From an uncultured virus (IMG/VR IMGVR_UViG_3300042888_000268) (taxonomy: Duplodnaviria; Heunggongvirae; Uroviricota; Caudoviricetes): a DNA stretch of 64,000 nucleotides. The first letter of the stretch is position 1. Each line of letters opens with the position of its first letter. The position numbers and the translations under genes are program-made. The notes below the pieces were generated by a model. The model made no database searches. It worked only from the letters and a program-made list of their open reading frames with translations, and was not told where the DNA came from. Of this stretch, positions 36,267-46,303 are shown piece by piece. The stretch is taken from IMG/VR virus record IMGVR_UViG_3300042888_000268; one strand, 5' to 3'.

Positions 36267-38138
36267 TTATTGTGATAATTGTTTAGGATCTCTTACACCT
36301 CTAAGTTTTTTATCTGCATTTAACTGAGAGTGATTAAGTTTAAAATTACTAATCCCTTGCTTACGAATAAATTTAGCTAACTGATCTAAATCAACATCTA
36401 ATCCGTATTGAGATTTAATATCTAAAGCATTAAGAGGAACTGTATCATACTTTGCAGTGGTAGGATTATAAGCTACAGCATTTCCGCTAACTACATAAGA
36501 CCCTTGACTAGTATTACGTTTAATACTAACATTCATACCATTAGGAATATTAATATTATATTCTCCTTTAGGACTTAATGCAATATTGCCTTCTACATAA
36601 GATATAGAAGTACCTTTTAAAGAACGAGCTCCTATGTTTGTTTTCTTACTTGATTCAACTGGAACATATACAGTGTATCCCTCCTCAGGTATTTTACCAC
36701 TAACTGCAGCATCTATTAATTCACCTTCATCATTTGTCTCACCAGTTCTAGCATATCCTGGTTCAGTTTTAGTCCCCATATACTTTTTAAAATATTCAGG
36801 TCTCATTTTTACATGATAAGCATGGTACTGTTCATCTCCTAATCCAATAGGTTGCATAGTAATTTCACCAAAAGGTCTTCCTTTATCATTAGGCTTTCTA
36901 CTCTTATCATATAAGGTGTTACGAATATCATCATAAAGTCTTCTAAATAATTTAGCAGCATCTGCATCTACCTCTCTCCCATTTTCTGTAGATGGGGCAC
37001 CTTTAGAAAACAGTAATCCTTCTGTGTCTCTTAACTTGCTTACAAAGTCTACAACTTCTCCCATTTGATTAGAGATCTGTTTGTTTCCCTGCTCATCTTT
37101 TGTATAAGCATTATCAGTATCAAATCTTACATTATAAGTAGAAGCAGCCATTGTAGCTCCTCCTGCATTATTAGTATATATTCCTTGTCTTTCAGCTTGA
37201 ACTTTTCTAGTCTTACTATTTTTATTATACTCTTCTATAATACGTTTATTAGAATCATTGTATTGTTTTATAGCTTGTTCGTATAAAGTACTACTTTTCA
37301 TATTACTAGCTGTTACAGGTTCTAACAAAGGCATTGCTCTCATTAGACTTTGTTCCCTAAGTTGATCTTCAGATATTTTCTTAGGTTTAAAGTTAACTAC
37401 ATTAAGGTTTGGATATTTTGTCCTATCTATACCATACTCCTCAGCTTCATAACCATAAGACATTCTTTGTCCAGCTGAATTAAGTGGAGGATTTTTACCT
37501 TGGAATAGTAAATTTCTTATACTATTAGGATCAGACATCTTATAACGCCTTGCTACAGCATTAGTCTTTTCAATTATCTGATTAATATAATTAAGTGACC
37601 ATTCATCAGCATTTACAAAAGATCCATTAGAAGATATCATTGAATTATGACTAGCATAAGAACTAGATTTACCTTGAGCTTTTAATTTAGCATCAACGGT
37701 AATAGCAGCATTTTGTAAATCCTTACCAATCAATTGGTTAGATAAACTAATAGAACCTATAATCTCATCTAAGTCCAATCTTTTTTCTAATAAACTTGCT
37801 GCTATCTCATCATCTAAATCTGGTTTGTCTGTAATAATCTTACTAGCCTGTTCTAAAATTGATTGGCTAGCATTAGGATCCTTCATGTATTTAGTTAATT
37901 CATCTATACTACTTAACTGTTTACCATTCACTGTAGGTAATGTTTCACCAACTGTAAAGGCTTGAGTAGCAAATGATAATGCATCTTGACCATATTTATC
38001 TACTTGCTTTTTTATATAGTTAGTATTAGCTTCCCAAGCAGGAGTGGTATTTCTAGTAGTAGAAACACCTCCTTTAATAGGTTTTGGATCACCAGGTTCT
38101 TGGTCAACAATCATATCTAAATTATCTTCTTGTAACAT
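36267..38138 (-). CDS. Putative virion cargo protein
   Basis: 623 aa, Cys-free, within the ejection-protein operon. Confidence 0.6.
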   Translation of the reverse strand: MLQEDNLDMIVDQEPGDPKPIKGGVSTTRNTTPAWEANTNYIKKQVDKYGQDALSFATQAFTVGETLPTVNGKQLSSIDELTKYMKDPNASQSILEQASKIITDKPDLDDEIAASLLEKRLDLDEIIGSISLSNQLIGKDLQNAAITVDAKLKAQGKSSSYASHNSMISSNGSFVNADEWSLNYINQIIEKTNAVARRYKMSDPNSIRNLLFQGKNPPLNSAGQRMSYGYEAEEYGIDRTKYPNLNVVNFKPKKISEDQLREQSLMRAMPLLEPVTASNMKSSTLYEQAIKQYNDSNKRIIEEYNKNSKTRKVQAERQGIYTNNAGGATMAASTYNVRFDTDNAYTKDEQGNKQISNQMGEVVDFVSKLRDTEGLLFSKGAPSTENGREVDADAAKLFRRLYDDIRNTLYDKSRKPNDKGRPFGEITMQPIGLGDEQYHAYHVKMRPEYFKKYMGTKTEPGYARTGETNDEGELIDAAVSGKIPEEGYTVYVPVESSKKTNIGARSLKGTSISYVEGNIALSPKGEYNINIPNGMNVSIKRNTSQGSYVVSGNAVAYNPTTAKYDTVPLNALDIKSQYGLDVDLDQLAKFIRKQGISNFKLNHSQLNADKKLRGVRDPKQLSQ

Positions 38139-38176
38139 AAAGTTAAACTATTTTAAAATCAATTAGATGAATCATA

Positions 38177-39544
38177 TTATAGATCATCAGGAGTATTCTC
38201 TTTATTTGGATTATTAAACCCGTCCTTAAATAAGCTATCTAATAGAGAATCATCGTCAGTAGAATCATCTTTATCTTTACCATCTTTATATTTACCTCTT
38301 TCAGCTATTTCTATCATTGTATAATCATGTCTAGCCTTTAAGGTGCTTAATGCATTACGTAGTGCTAAACTACTATTTAATTGAGACATTGCAACAGGAT
38401 CAGCTTTAACAGAAATATCACTATTCTTATACGCTAAATACTTAGCAATTTTATTAGATATTCCAGTATAACCATATTGAGAAACTGCTCCATCAGCCGC
38501 AGATCTTAAATCATTTATATTACTAAGATCTAATGTAGATTGTTTAGCTACTCTATCTCTAGCTGATACAATAGACTTATCTAGTAAATCTATTCTTTGC
38601 ATATCTGTAAGGTAATCTAAGTGTTCTTGAGATCCAGGAATAATACCTTTTGTAGATATTAACTTATCCCAACTTTCTTTTTTTCCTCTCAATGCTTTTA
38701 AATCTTGAGAATCAACTTGTAACTGAGCTTGTAAACCAGAGTTTATAGTTGTCATAACATCTTTAATATAAACTTGCTCAGCTGCTTGATTAGATCCGTA
38801 TTTAGCTGCATTAGCTTTAACAAAATCTTTACGCTGAACAAATGCCTCAGCATTCAACATATCTTTAATAGCAGGATCATTATCAAATAAAGTGCTAACC
38901 ATACTCTGTGTTAAAGGTACAGCTAATTCTCCATTCTTTTGAGTCCATATATAACCACCAGTTATCTGATCTTTCTTTACAGAGATGCCAGACTCTTTGT
39001 ACATTTTTTCAGCTAATGTAAATAAATCTACATTAGGAATATAAGAAGGAGAGGATGCACGTAATGCATCTTGAGATGAACCATTTTTAAATTCTTCAGC
39101 TTGATAGTCAAGTAATTTTCTACCAGTATCCCAATACTGTCTTCTAGTAGCAGGATCTTGAGATGACTTTAACTGTTCAGCTTTAGCCACTTCATTTTGA
39201 TACTGTCTAGTAAACTGAATATCTTTTACAATACTTTGATCTGTAGTTACAGGTTCAAATAGTTTAGTAGCTATCTCCTGGTTTTGAGGAAGAGATAGAT
39301 CAAGAGCAGAGACCTTTTTAAGACCCTCATCAATTGCTTTAAGATAGGCATCTCTCCTTTGGATGTCTTCATTTCTTAACATGCTGGAATTAAAAACTGA
39401 CTCATACAAGTTTTTAACTCGTTGAGCTCCTTGCTTGTACATACCTTCTCTCTGCTGCAGCATTCTTTCTACCCTGTTAAAATCAGGAGTATAGAGCACT
39501 GGCTCAGGAAAAACATCTGTAATATTTGGGATATAGCTTGCCAT
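38177..39544 (-). CDS. Putative virion cargo protein
   Basis: 455 aa, helical, Cys-free; first gene after the promoter motif at 39551. Confidence 0.6.
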   Translation of the reverse strand: MASYIPNITDVFPEPVLYTPDFNRVERMLQQREGMYKQGAQRVKNLYESVFNSSMLRNEDIQRRDAYLKAIDEGLKKVSALDLSLPQNQEIATKLFEPVTTDQSIVKDIQFTRQYQNEVAKAEQLKSSQDPATRRQYWDTGRKLLDYQAEEFKNGSSQDALRASSPSYIPNVDLFTLAEKMYKESGISVKKDQITGGYIWTQKNGELAVPLTQSMVSTLFDNDPAIKDMLNAEAFVQRKDFVKANAAKYGSNQAAEQVYIKDVMTTINSGLQAQLQVDSQDLKALRGKKESWDKLISTKGIIPGSQEHLDYLTDMQRIDLLDKSIVSARDRVAKQSTLDLSNINDLRSAADGAVSQYGYTGISNKIAKYLAYKNSDISVKADPVAMSQLNSSLALRNALSTLKARHDYTMIEIAERGKYKDGKDKDDSTDDDSLLDSLFKDGFNNPNKENTPDDL

Positions 39545-39550
39545 AGTTGT

Positions 39551-39607
39551 CTACATAATAATATACGGTAAAATCTTTAAAGTTTAAAACTAAACTTAAT
39601 AGGTTTA
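39551..39607 (-). promoter_or_regulatory. Phage-specific promoter motif with upstream AAGTTT/AAACTT inverted repeat
   Basis: Minus strand TAAACCT-ATT-AAGTTT-N6-AAACTT-TAAAGATTTTA-CCGTATATTATTATGTAG ends 6 nt before the ATG at 39544; near-copy at 54088-54145. Confidence 0.65.
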
Positions 39608-42583
39608 CAGGATATCGTTGTTAAAATCATCATCAAAATTATTAGGGTTCACTCCAGTAAATTCAGTACTTCTTTGATTAAACATAAAAGGATTTCTTGA
39701 GTTAACAGTTCTAGTTTGTTGCATACTTCTTAAACCTAAGTTTGCTAAGTTAGCAGCTTGCTTTTTCTTTTCCTCAGGTGTCATGTCAGCACTATCTTTT
39801 AACTGAGATAAATAGTTATTGTATAAAGTATTATATGTACTACCTAAATTACTTACACCTCTTTGACCCATGTTCATAGAAGAACCATACATTCCTAAAC
39901 TTGAAATATCTCCAATAGGTCCTTTAAATACATTTCTTCCACTTCTAGGATCTTTATACATATAAGCCATGTTATCATTCATGTCACCAAAGTTCATACG
40001 ATTATTCCATGCATTAGCATAAGACTTAGTAAGATTAGTAAAATAAGCTCTTTTAGAATTATCATATTGCTGATTAGCTATTACATTACCTTTAAATAAT
40101 TCATTAGTTCTTTCAGCAGCATACATAGCTTGCTTGTTCATTGCTTCTGCTACCATTGGACTAAACTGATTAGCAACACCCACATTAAGATTATTATATC
40201 TTCCTAATGTATTTGTAGCCTGCTCAGCAGCCTTTCCCTGTATAGCAGATATGTTAGTCATATAATTACCAGGACTTCCAGCAACATTAGATAATCCTTG
40301 AGACATAATGTTAGCTTGTTCAGCATTAGCTGCTAACTCACGCTCAGGACTATAAAATGTAGGAGTTGGAATATTAGCAGCATAGTTTGCAAAGTATGGT
40401 AAATACTTCTTAGGAGGATTCATACCTGCAGCTAACATACTCATTTTATCAGGAGCTAAGAAATCATACGGTGTAGGAATTTTCTTTCCTGGAGTTTCTG
40501 TTGGTGGAACAAGTGGTGGAGTCTTAGGTGGTGGAACTACTGGAGGTGGGTCTACTGGAGGTGGAGCTACTGGAGGTGGAGGAGGCGGTGGAATAGCACT
40601 AGGATCTAATTGACGAGCTCCAAAAAATCCATCTACATAAGCTTTCTTTAAATCTTTTAACTGATCTAAACTAAGTTGCTTAGTAAATTTACCATCTTTA
40701 GTTAAACTATTTAAACCTTTATACTTCTTGCCCTCTTTAGTTAAACCATAATTTGTCCACATCTCATTAATAGCATTTGGATTCTGCTGATAAATAAGAT
40801 CATAGATTTTACTCTGAGCTTCTTTATTAGATAACTTACTAATACCAGGAATAAATTTCTCCCAGTTTTCTAAGTAGTCTTTACCACGATCATACTTATT
40901 ACTCTTACCTGTTGGAGTTTTTTCCTTTCCACCAGCATATGGATCTATCTGTTCTGGTTCTGGTAAAGAACCACCAGTAGCAAACATAGGTACATATCCA
41001 CCATAAGCAGCTTGTTCAAGTGAGTTAGTATACACTTGAGGTATACCTTCTTTAAAACCTTTTTTAGCTTCTTGAACTAAAGCTAGTTGTCCAAGTTTCT
41101 TTTTATAATTATCACTCATCATTTGAGCAGTAGATTTAGATAAAGGATCAGCGTTAGGATCATCTAATATAGATTTAAACTTATTTAAATCATACTGACT
41201 TGATATATTAGAATAAGATACTCCACCACGTTTGTATGTCTTGTTAAATTTAGACAATATTTCTGGATTACTTTCCTTAAGTTTTTTAGAATAGATATAA
41301 GAACCTGATGGAATTTGAGATGCTGTATTTTTAATACCACCATTAGCATGACTGTCCCCTACTAATCTAAACTTGGTTCCGTCAGGACGCAATACTTCCT
41401 CACCACCTTCAGTTTCTAAAACATAAGGTTCATTAGGATTTTCAATTTCAGACATAGAGCTAGACATATTATTTATAGGATTACCATACATCTGCTCATA
41501 GAATTTTCCCTGTCCTAAATCTAAGCTATATCCATTTTTAGTTTGACCGCCATATTCCATTTTAGCTGGTCCTGATATTATACGTATTTTCATAGTTTCT
41601 GTATTTAATTCTCCACCCATTTTAGCAAACATACCCTTGTTAACTGTCATTTGATCTGGTCTAAATGCTCCATAAGATGTACCTGTTTGAACATAGTCTC
41701 CACGAGAACCTTGTTGAACAGGGTATAAATTATCAGACATCTGTTGCTCTCTCATATAAGAGTTGAAATCATTCTGTTTATTTTTATTATCTATAAAATC
41801 AGTAAGAGCACCTGCAGCATAAATAGCTCCAGTTAATGCACCACTAGCTGCACCAATAGTTTTGTATGTATCATTACCTTTTAAACTTCTCTTAAGTTGT
41901 CTAGCGTATTTAGGATCATTCTTAATTCTCTGATCCATTTCATATCCTGTAGGATCAGCTCTTTGAGCAACTTGATCTGCTAAACCTGGCATAGTAGAAG
42001 GATTAATAGGAGCATTAGGATTCTTAGCTCTAAAATCTGCTTCAGCTTTTTGAGTTCTAGCTTGATTTCTTGCATCTCTACGACTCATAGTTTCTACAGG
42101 AGCCACTAAAGACTCTTCTTCATAACCAGGTATTACAGGAGCTTTAAAACCAGATAGATCAACTTTATCAGGTTCTGCTATAGGAGCTTGTTGCATATTT
42201 GGCATAGCCCCTGTAAATGATGTAGGAGCAGAAAACGGTTGAATACTAGGAAAAGTTTTAGGAATACTTGCACTTGCAGAAGGTATTGATGATACTTTAA
42301 CAGTTTCATGTCTATTATAATCAGCTAGATCACCAGCTCTTTCAGCATCATCTTGTTTCTTAATAGCATCTAAAGTGGCTTGAGTTCTAATATTTTCATT
42401 CTCTATGTCATTAATCTTTTTTAATGCCTGCTCATAGGTAGTTATCTTTCCAGTTTGTGGATCAGTATAAGACTGCCCTGGTCTCAATGTAACCTTATTA
42501 TATACTACAGGTTGGCCCGAAGCGGTAACTGGTCCTGCATTTTGGTACTTTTTCAATCCTTTTCCTGTTATACGTATTCTCAT
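39605..42583 (-). CDS. Virion cargo protein (crAss-like, GxSHxxGG motif)
   Basis: 992 aa; ETEGGE...GDSHANGGI motif, xxxGG repeats, Pro-rich linker, Gln/Asn/Ala-rich helical C-terminus. Confidence 0.65.
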   Translation of the reverse strand: MRIRITGKGLKKYQNAGPVTASGQPVVYNKVTLRPGQSYTDPQTGKITTYEQALKKINDIENENIRTQATLDAIKKQDDAERAGDLADYNRHETVKVSSIPSASASIPKTFPSIQPFSAPTSFTGAMPNMQQAPIAEPDKVDLSGFKAPVIPGYEEESLVAPVETMSRRDARNQARTQKAEADFRAKNPNAPINPSTMPGLADQVAQRADPTGYEMDQRIKNDPKYARQLKRSLKGNDTYKTIGAASGALTGAIYAAGALTDFIDNKNKQNDFNSYMREQQMSDNLYPVQQGSRGDYVQTGTSYGAFRPDQMTVNKGMFAKMGGELNTETMKIRIISGPAKMEYGGQTKNGYSLDLGQGKFYEQMYGNPINNMSSSMSEIENPNEPYVLETEGGEEVLRPDGTKFRLVGDSHANGGIKNTASQIPSGSYIYSKKLKESNPEILSKFNKTYKRGGVSYSNISSQYDLNKFKSILDDPNADPLSKSTAQMMSDNYKKKLGQLALVQEAKKGFKEGIPQVYTNSLEQAAYGGYVPMFATGGSLPEPEQIDPYAGGKEKTPTGKSNKYDRGKDYLENWEKFIPGISKLSNKEAQSKIYDLIYQQNPNAINEMWTNYGLTKEGKKYKGLNSLTKDGKFTKQLSLDQLKDLKKAYVDGFFGARQLDPSAIPPPPPPPVAPPPVDPPPVVPPPKTPPLVPPTETPGKKIPTPYDFLAPDKMSMLAAGMNPPKKYLPYFANYAANIPTPTFYSPERELAANAEQANIMSQGLSNVAGSPGNYMTNISAIQGKAAEQATNTLGRYNNLNVGVANQFSPMVAEAMNKQAMYAAERTNELFKGNVIANQQYDNSKRAYFTNLTKSYANAWNNRMNFGDMNDNMAYMYKDPRSGRNVFKGPIGDISSLGMYGSSMNMGQRGVSNLGSTYNTLYNNYLSQLKDSADMTPEEKKKQAANLANLGLRSMQQTRTVNSRNPFMFNQRSTEFTGVNPNNFDDDFNNDIL
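40500..40592 (-). repeat. Low-complexity polyproline linker
   Basis: PPPPPPPVAPPPVDPPPVVPPPKTPPLVPP. Confidence 0.8.
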
Positions 42584-42586
42584 ATA

Positions 42587-45500
42587 TTATAGTATTTCAA
42601 ATTGATAACCTTGTTGACGTAACATTTCTGCTTCTTGAGGAGTAACCTCCATTTCTTGCCCTACTCTTCCACCATTATCAAAGGTAAAGTTTTTAGCTTG
42701 ATTACCATAATAATTTTGAGGAGCACCACCATAAGCCATTTGATAATCAGGAATGTATCCACCCATTTCATAACCATATCCATATGCACCACTTGAATTC
42801 ATTGTATTAGTATCATCATAATCTCCACCATCTTGATACCAAGCGTTACCACTAAATGTAGAACCACCATCTTCAAATCCTCCTGTACCTGTTAATACTT
42901 TTTGCTTATAACTATTTACTTGATCAGGGCTCAAGTTAATAAATTGATTACCTCTACGTAATTGAGAAATAGGATTTCCTTGGTTTGTATTATGGAAAAA
43001 CTCTTCAGTTCCTATAGGAGTATTACGTGTATACATGTATGAGGTATCATTCCCCATATTAGCATATTTATTAATAGTTGTAGAATACTGATTAAAATCA
43101 TTTGAGTTAGCTCCTCTATCACCAGCTGATAATAATGAATTAGTTACAGATTTTATTTCAGATGACTCTGCATCAGGTCTACTTTTATAAGTGCTTGGAT
43201 CAAACTTAACCTTTTTAGGATTATCACTAAAAATAGAACCACCGTTTTCCCAAGTCTTTCTAGCAAATGCTCTAAAGAATGGATTACCAGCTAAATTCTT
43301 TTTATGACGAGCATAGAAAGCAGCTTTTCTTTCTGGATCTTTAGGATGTTGTCCTAATTTAGAATCACCAAAGTATTTAACAACTCCACCAGGACCTGTC
43401 ACTTTGTGTGTCTTACCTTTTCTATCATTACTTCTAGTTACAACATACCCACCATTAGCCATCATTTCTTCCTGACCCTCTTGCTGATCTCCTTCTCCCA
43501 TTTCTTCTTCTCCACCTTCTCCTTGAGCTTCTGGATTATACATCATATAATCAGAAATAGCTGCAGTAGAATCGTCAATGACAGCAAGCTTAGAAGCAAT
43601 CCATGGATCTAAGTTTTGTTCAGGAGAAATAAACTGACGTAACTTATTCATCTTATCAGATACAGCCATAATTTGACCTAATGCCATACTACCATTAGCT
43701 TCACCACCTTCTGCCATATAGGGATTGTAATAACCTCCATAACCCATTTGACTTAAGATTTTAGCTTGTACATATTCAGGCAAGGCTTCAAAACCTGCAT
43801 TGTTGGTACCACCGTTTTCCATATTTTTAGCTTTAATTTTTCTTTCCTGTTCTAACATTTCTTTAGTAGGCTTTTTACCTGAACCTTTATTAGCACGAAT
43901 ATTATCCCATAAACCTCTTTTAGAATAAGAGCCATCTGCTCTACGTATCATTTCTCCACCTTTACCCATCATAGGATACTCATCTACATACTCAGCACCA
44001 CCAAATTCATACTCTTGTTCAGGATACATCATCTGCTTTTTACCATTAGAACCTATACCAAGTACAGGATAGTTAACATCTTTCATAGTTATATTAGTTT
44101 TATTATTTTTATTATCACCAGGTATACGAGTCACTTGACCTGGATGAGCCCATTGACCTCTTGGATCTACAATAGGACCTCCTTCTGCTTTTTGTTGAGC
44201 ACCTAATACTCCTGCTGCACCTACTGCTCCAGGAATAACATATGCTTTATTTAATTTATCTAAAAGTACTTTTCTAGTATTTTTACCATACCTCTTTGCA
44301 ACATTATCAACCAGATCTACTACATCATCAGAACTTTCACTATAATATGGATTATACCTTGTGTCTACCCAATCATCAAACTGTTCAGGAGTTATTATAT
44401 CACCCTTAGGTATACCTTTAGACTTTTCAATATCTTCTAATATTTTTAAATACCTAACTTGCTGCTCTGGTGCCTTGTTTAGATAATCTGCGTGCGTACC
44501 TAAACCATTAATATTTCTTTCAAACCAGTTTCCAACTTTAACTTTTGGATAACCTTTGTAGTTATTATTGGTAGCAAACTGGCTCATAGCATGTTTTATC
44601 TCATGATCTAAAGCACTCATATGTCTTTCAAAAGGTAAACCTTGTTTAACAGATACTTCAGCAGGTATATCTTTTTTACCTAATACCTTTCTTTCAAACC
44701 AATCATATTTTTTTGGTCTAGTATAATATCCTTCAGTATTTGTATTACTGTAAGGTTTTACTTCAAACTTTGTCTTTTCCCCTTCTGCTAATATTTTAGC
44801 TACATCAGCTTTTACCTGTACTGCTGTTTCTCCTGTTGCTGCCATCCTTCTTTTTAAATACTGAGGACTTTCTAACCATTGAGCATTTTTAGACATTATA
44901 GCATCTGTATCTGTTACAAGGTATGGAGCCATTCCTTCTGGTGGTGGTGGTGTAGCACCAGTGGTAACAGGTCTAGTTTCTATACCCTGATTAATTGCTT
45001 TTATCTCATTAGTAGTTAACTTTTTGCTATTACCTATTACATTACCATCTACATCATAATTTACAGATGTGCCTGTTTCTGGATTATAAACAGTTTGTGA
45101 TACAGGATCTTGTCTATTTGGGTTATAACTTTTTAAAGAAGATCTGTTTGGTACACGTTGTCTAGGTACTTCTTTGTACCCCTGTAACCAATCTTCTTTA
45201 TAAAATTTAACACCTTGATTATCAATTGGTATATTTTGTTTTGAATAAAGAACAGGATCATCAAACATAGGTCCTGTATAAGAAGCAACATTCTCATCTA
45301 CAAATAAATCTCTGTTCCCTTTTACTTCTGCCATATAAGGTCCTTCATATCCTGCTCTTCCGGTAGCATCTCTAAGTTTTGTATCTAAAGGATATCCTTT
45401 GTTATAGTATGCTTCTGTATGACCTGATCCTTTTGGAGGTCTAATAACTCCACTAGTTAATGCATCAGCATATCCTTCATTTCCAATCATTCTATAAGCA

Positions 45501-46303
45501 GCATCTGAATTAGGTTTAAATGCAAAAGGATTAACTTTATATGCATTAGAAAGTAAACCAGATTCTTTAGATGCTTTAACAGCAGCTTTTACTCCTGGTG
45601 CTACAGATGAAGCAAATGGTAAAGCATCAAGTGTTGTTAATGCTGTTTGTGCTGTAGCATCTCCTATATTACTCAATGTAGGATTTTGATAAGCTGTCTT
45701 TATAGAACGACCTACATTAGGAAGATTTTTAGCTGCTTGATATGCAAATCCAGCATTCATAACATTAGTACCAGTAAGTCCTGCCACTCCTGCCATAGGA
45801 GCATTCATAGCTGCACCTAATATAGGAGCAGCAGCCGATGCTGCACCTGCAACAAATGGAGCAGCTGCTAAAGCTGCTGGAGCATAGAATAAAGGATTTT
45901 TAATCATCTCTTTATTTGATTGAGCTACTTCAGCTTTTCTTAATTCTTTTCCAGCTGCTGTATTAGAGTTAAATCTTTTACTATAAGATTTTTTTCCATA
46001 GGTAGCTGTAGCTTTTTCTTTATCAGCATCAGATACATTAGCCCATTCACTTTCCTTAAGTTTTACTAGTTGATTTGTATTAGGATCAAAACCAAATCTT
46101 CCACTTAAAACAGATTCTCTTACAAGAGCATCATATTGTTTATTACCTGTGTTAGACCAATTTGCACGACTATCAAACCAATCTTTATTATTTTTCATAC
46201 TAACATACTCCTTACCCTTCTGAGCTTTAGGTAGCTTAGGTACAGATTGTGTACTAGACTGCTTCTGCATTTGAAGCATATATGTTAATAATTTATTCTC
46301 CAC
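42587..46303 (-). CDS. Mosaic (polyvalent-like) virion cargo protein with xxxGG-separated modules and a zincin motif
   Basis: 1238 aa; GTG start overlaps the upstream TAG; HEIKH at 44591-44605; about 12 xxxGG motifs. Confidence 0.65.
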   Translation of the reverse strand: MENKLLTYMLQMQKQSSTQSVPKLPKAQKGKEYVSMKNNKDWFDSRANWSNTGNKQYDALVRESVLSGRFGFDPNTNQLVKLKESEWANVSDADKEKATATYGKKSYSKRFNSNTAAGKELRKAEVAQSNKEMIKNPLFYAPAALAAAPFVAGAASAAAPILGAAMNAPMAGVAGLTGTNVMNAGFAYQAAKNLPNVGRSIKTAYQNPTLSNIGDATAQTALTTLDALPFASSVAPGVKAAVKASKESGLLSNAYKVNPFAFKPNSDAAYRMIGNEGYADALTSGVIRPPKGSGHTEAYYNKGYPLDTKLRDATGRAGYEGPYMAEVKGNRDLFVDENVASYTGPMFDDPVLYSKQNIPIDNQGVKFYKEDWLQGYKEVPRQRVPNRSSLKSYNPNRQDPVSQTVYNPETGTSVNYDVDGNVIGNSKKLTTNEIKAINQGIETRPVTTGATPPPPEGMAPYLVTDTDAIMSKNAQWLESPQYLKRRMAATGETAVQVKADVAKILAEGEKTKFEVKPYSNTNTEGYYTRPKKYDWFERKVLGKKDIPAEVSVKQGLPFERHMSALDHEIKHAMSQFATNNNYKGYPKVKVGNWFERNINGLGTHADYLNKAPEQQVRYLKILEDIEKSKGIPKGDIITPEQFDDWVDTRYNPYYSESSDDVVDLVDNVAKRYGKNTRKVLLDKLNKAYVIPGAVGAAGVLGAQQKAEGGPIVDPRGQWAHPGQVTRIPGDNKNNKTNITMKDVNYPVLGIGSNGKKQMMYPEQEYEFGGAEYVDEYPMMGKGGEMIRRADGSYSKRGLWDNIRANKGSGKKPTKEMLEQERKIKAKNMENGGTNNAGFEALPEYVQAKILSQMGYGGYYNPYMAEGGEANGSMALGQIMAVSDKMNKLRQFISPEQNLDPWIASKLAVIDDSTAAISDYMMYNPEAQGEGGEEEMGEGDQQEGQEEMMANGGYVVTRSNDRKGKTHKVTGPGGVVKYFGDSKLGQHPKDPERKAAFYARHKKNLAGNPFFRAFARKTWENGGSIFSDNPKKVKFDPSTYKSRPDAESSEIKSVTNSLLSAGDRGANSNDFNQYSTTINKYANMGNDTSYMYTRNTPIGTEEFFHNTNQGNPISQLRRGNQFINLSPDQVNSYKQKVLTGTGGFEDGGSTFSGNAWYQDGGDYDDTNTMNSSGAYGYGYEMGGYIPDYQMAYGGAPQNYYGNQAKNFTFDNGGRVGQEMEVTPQEAEMLRQQGYQFEIL

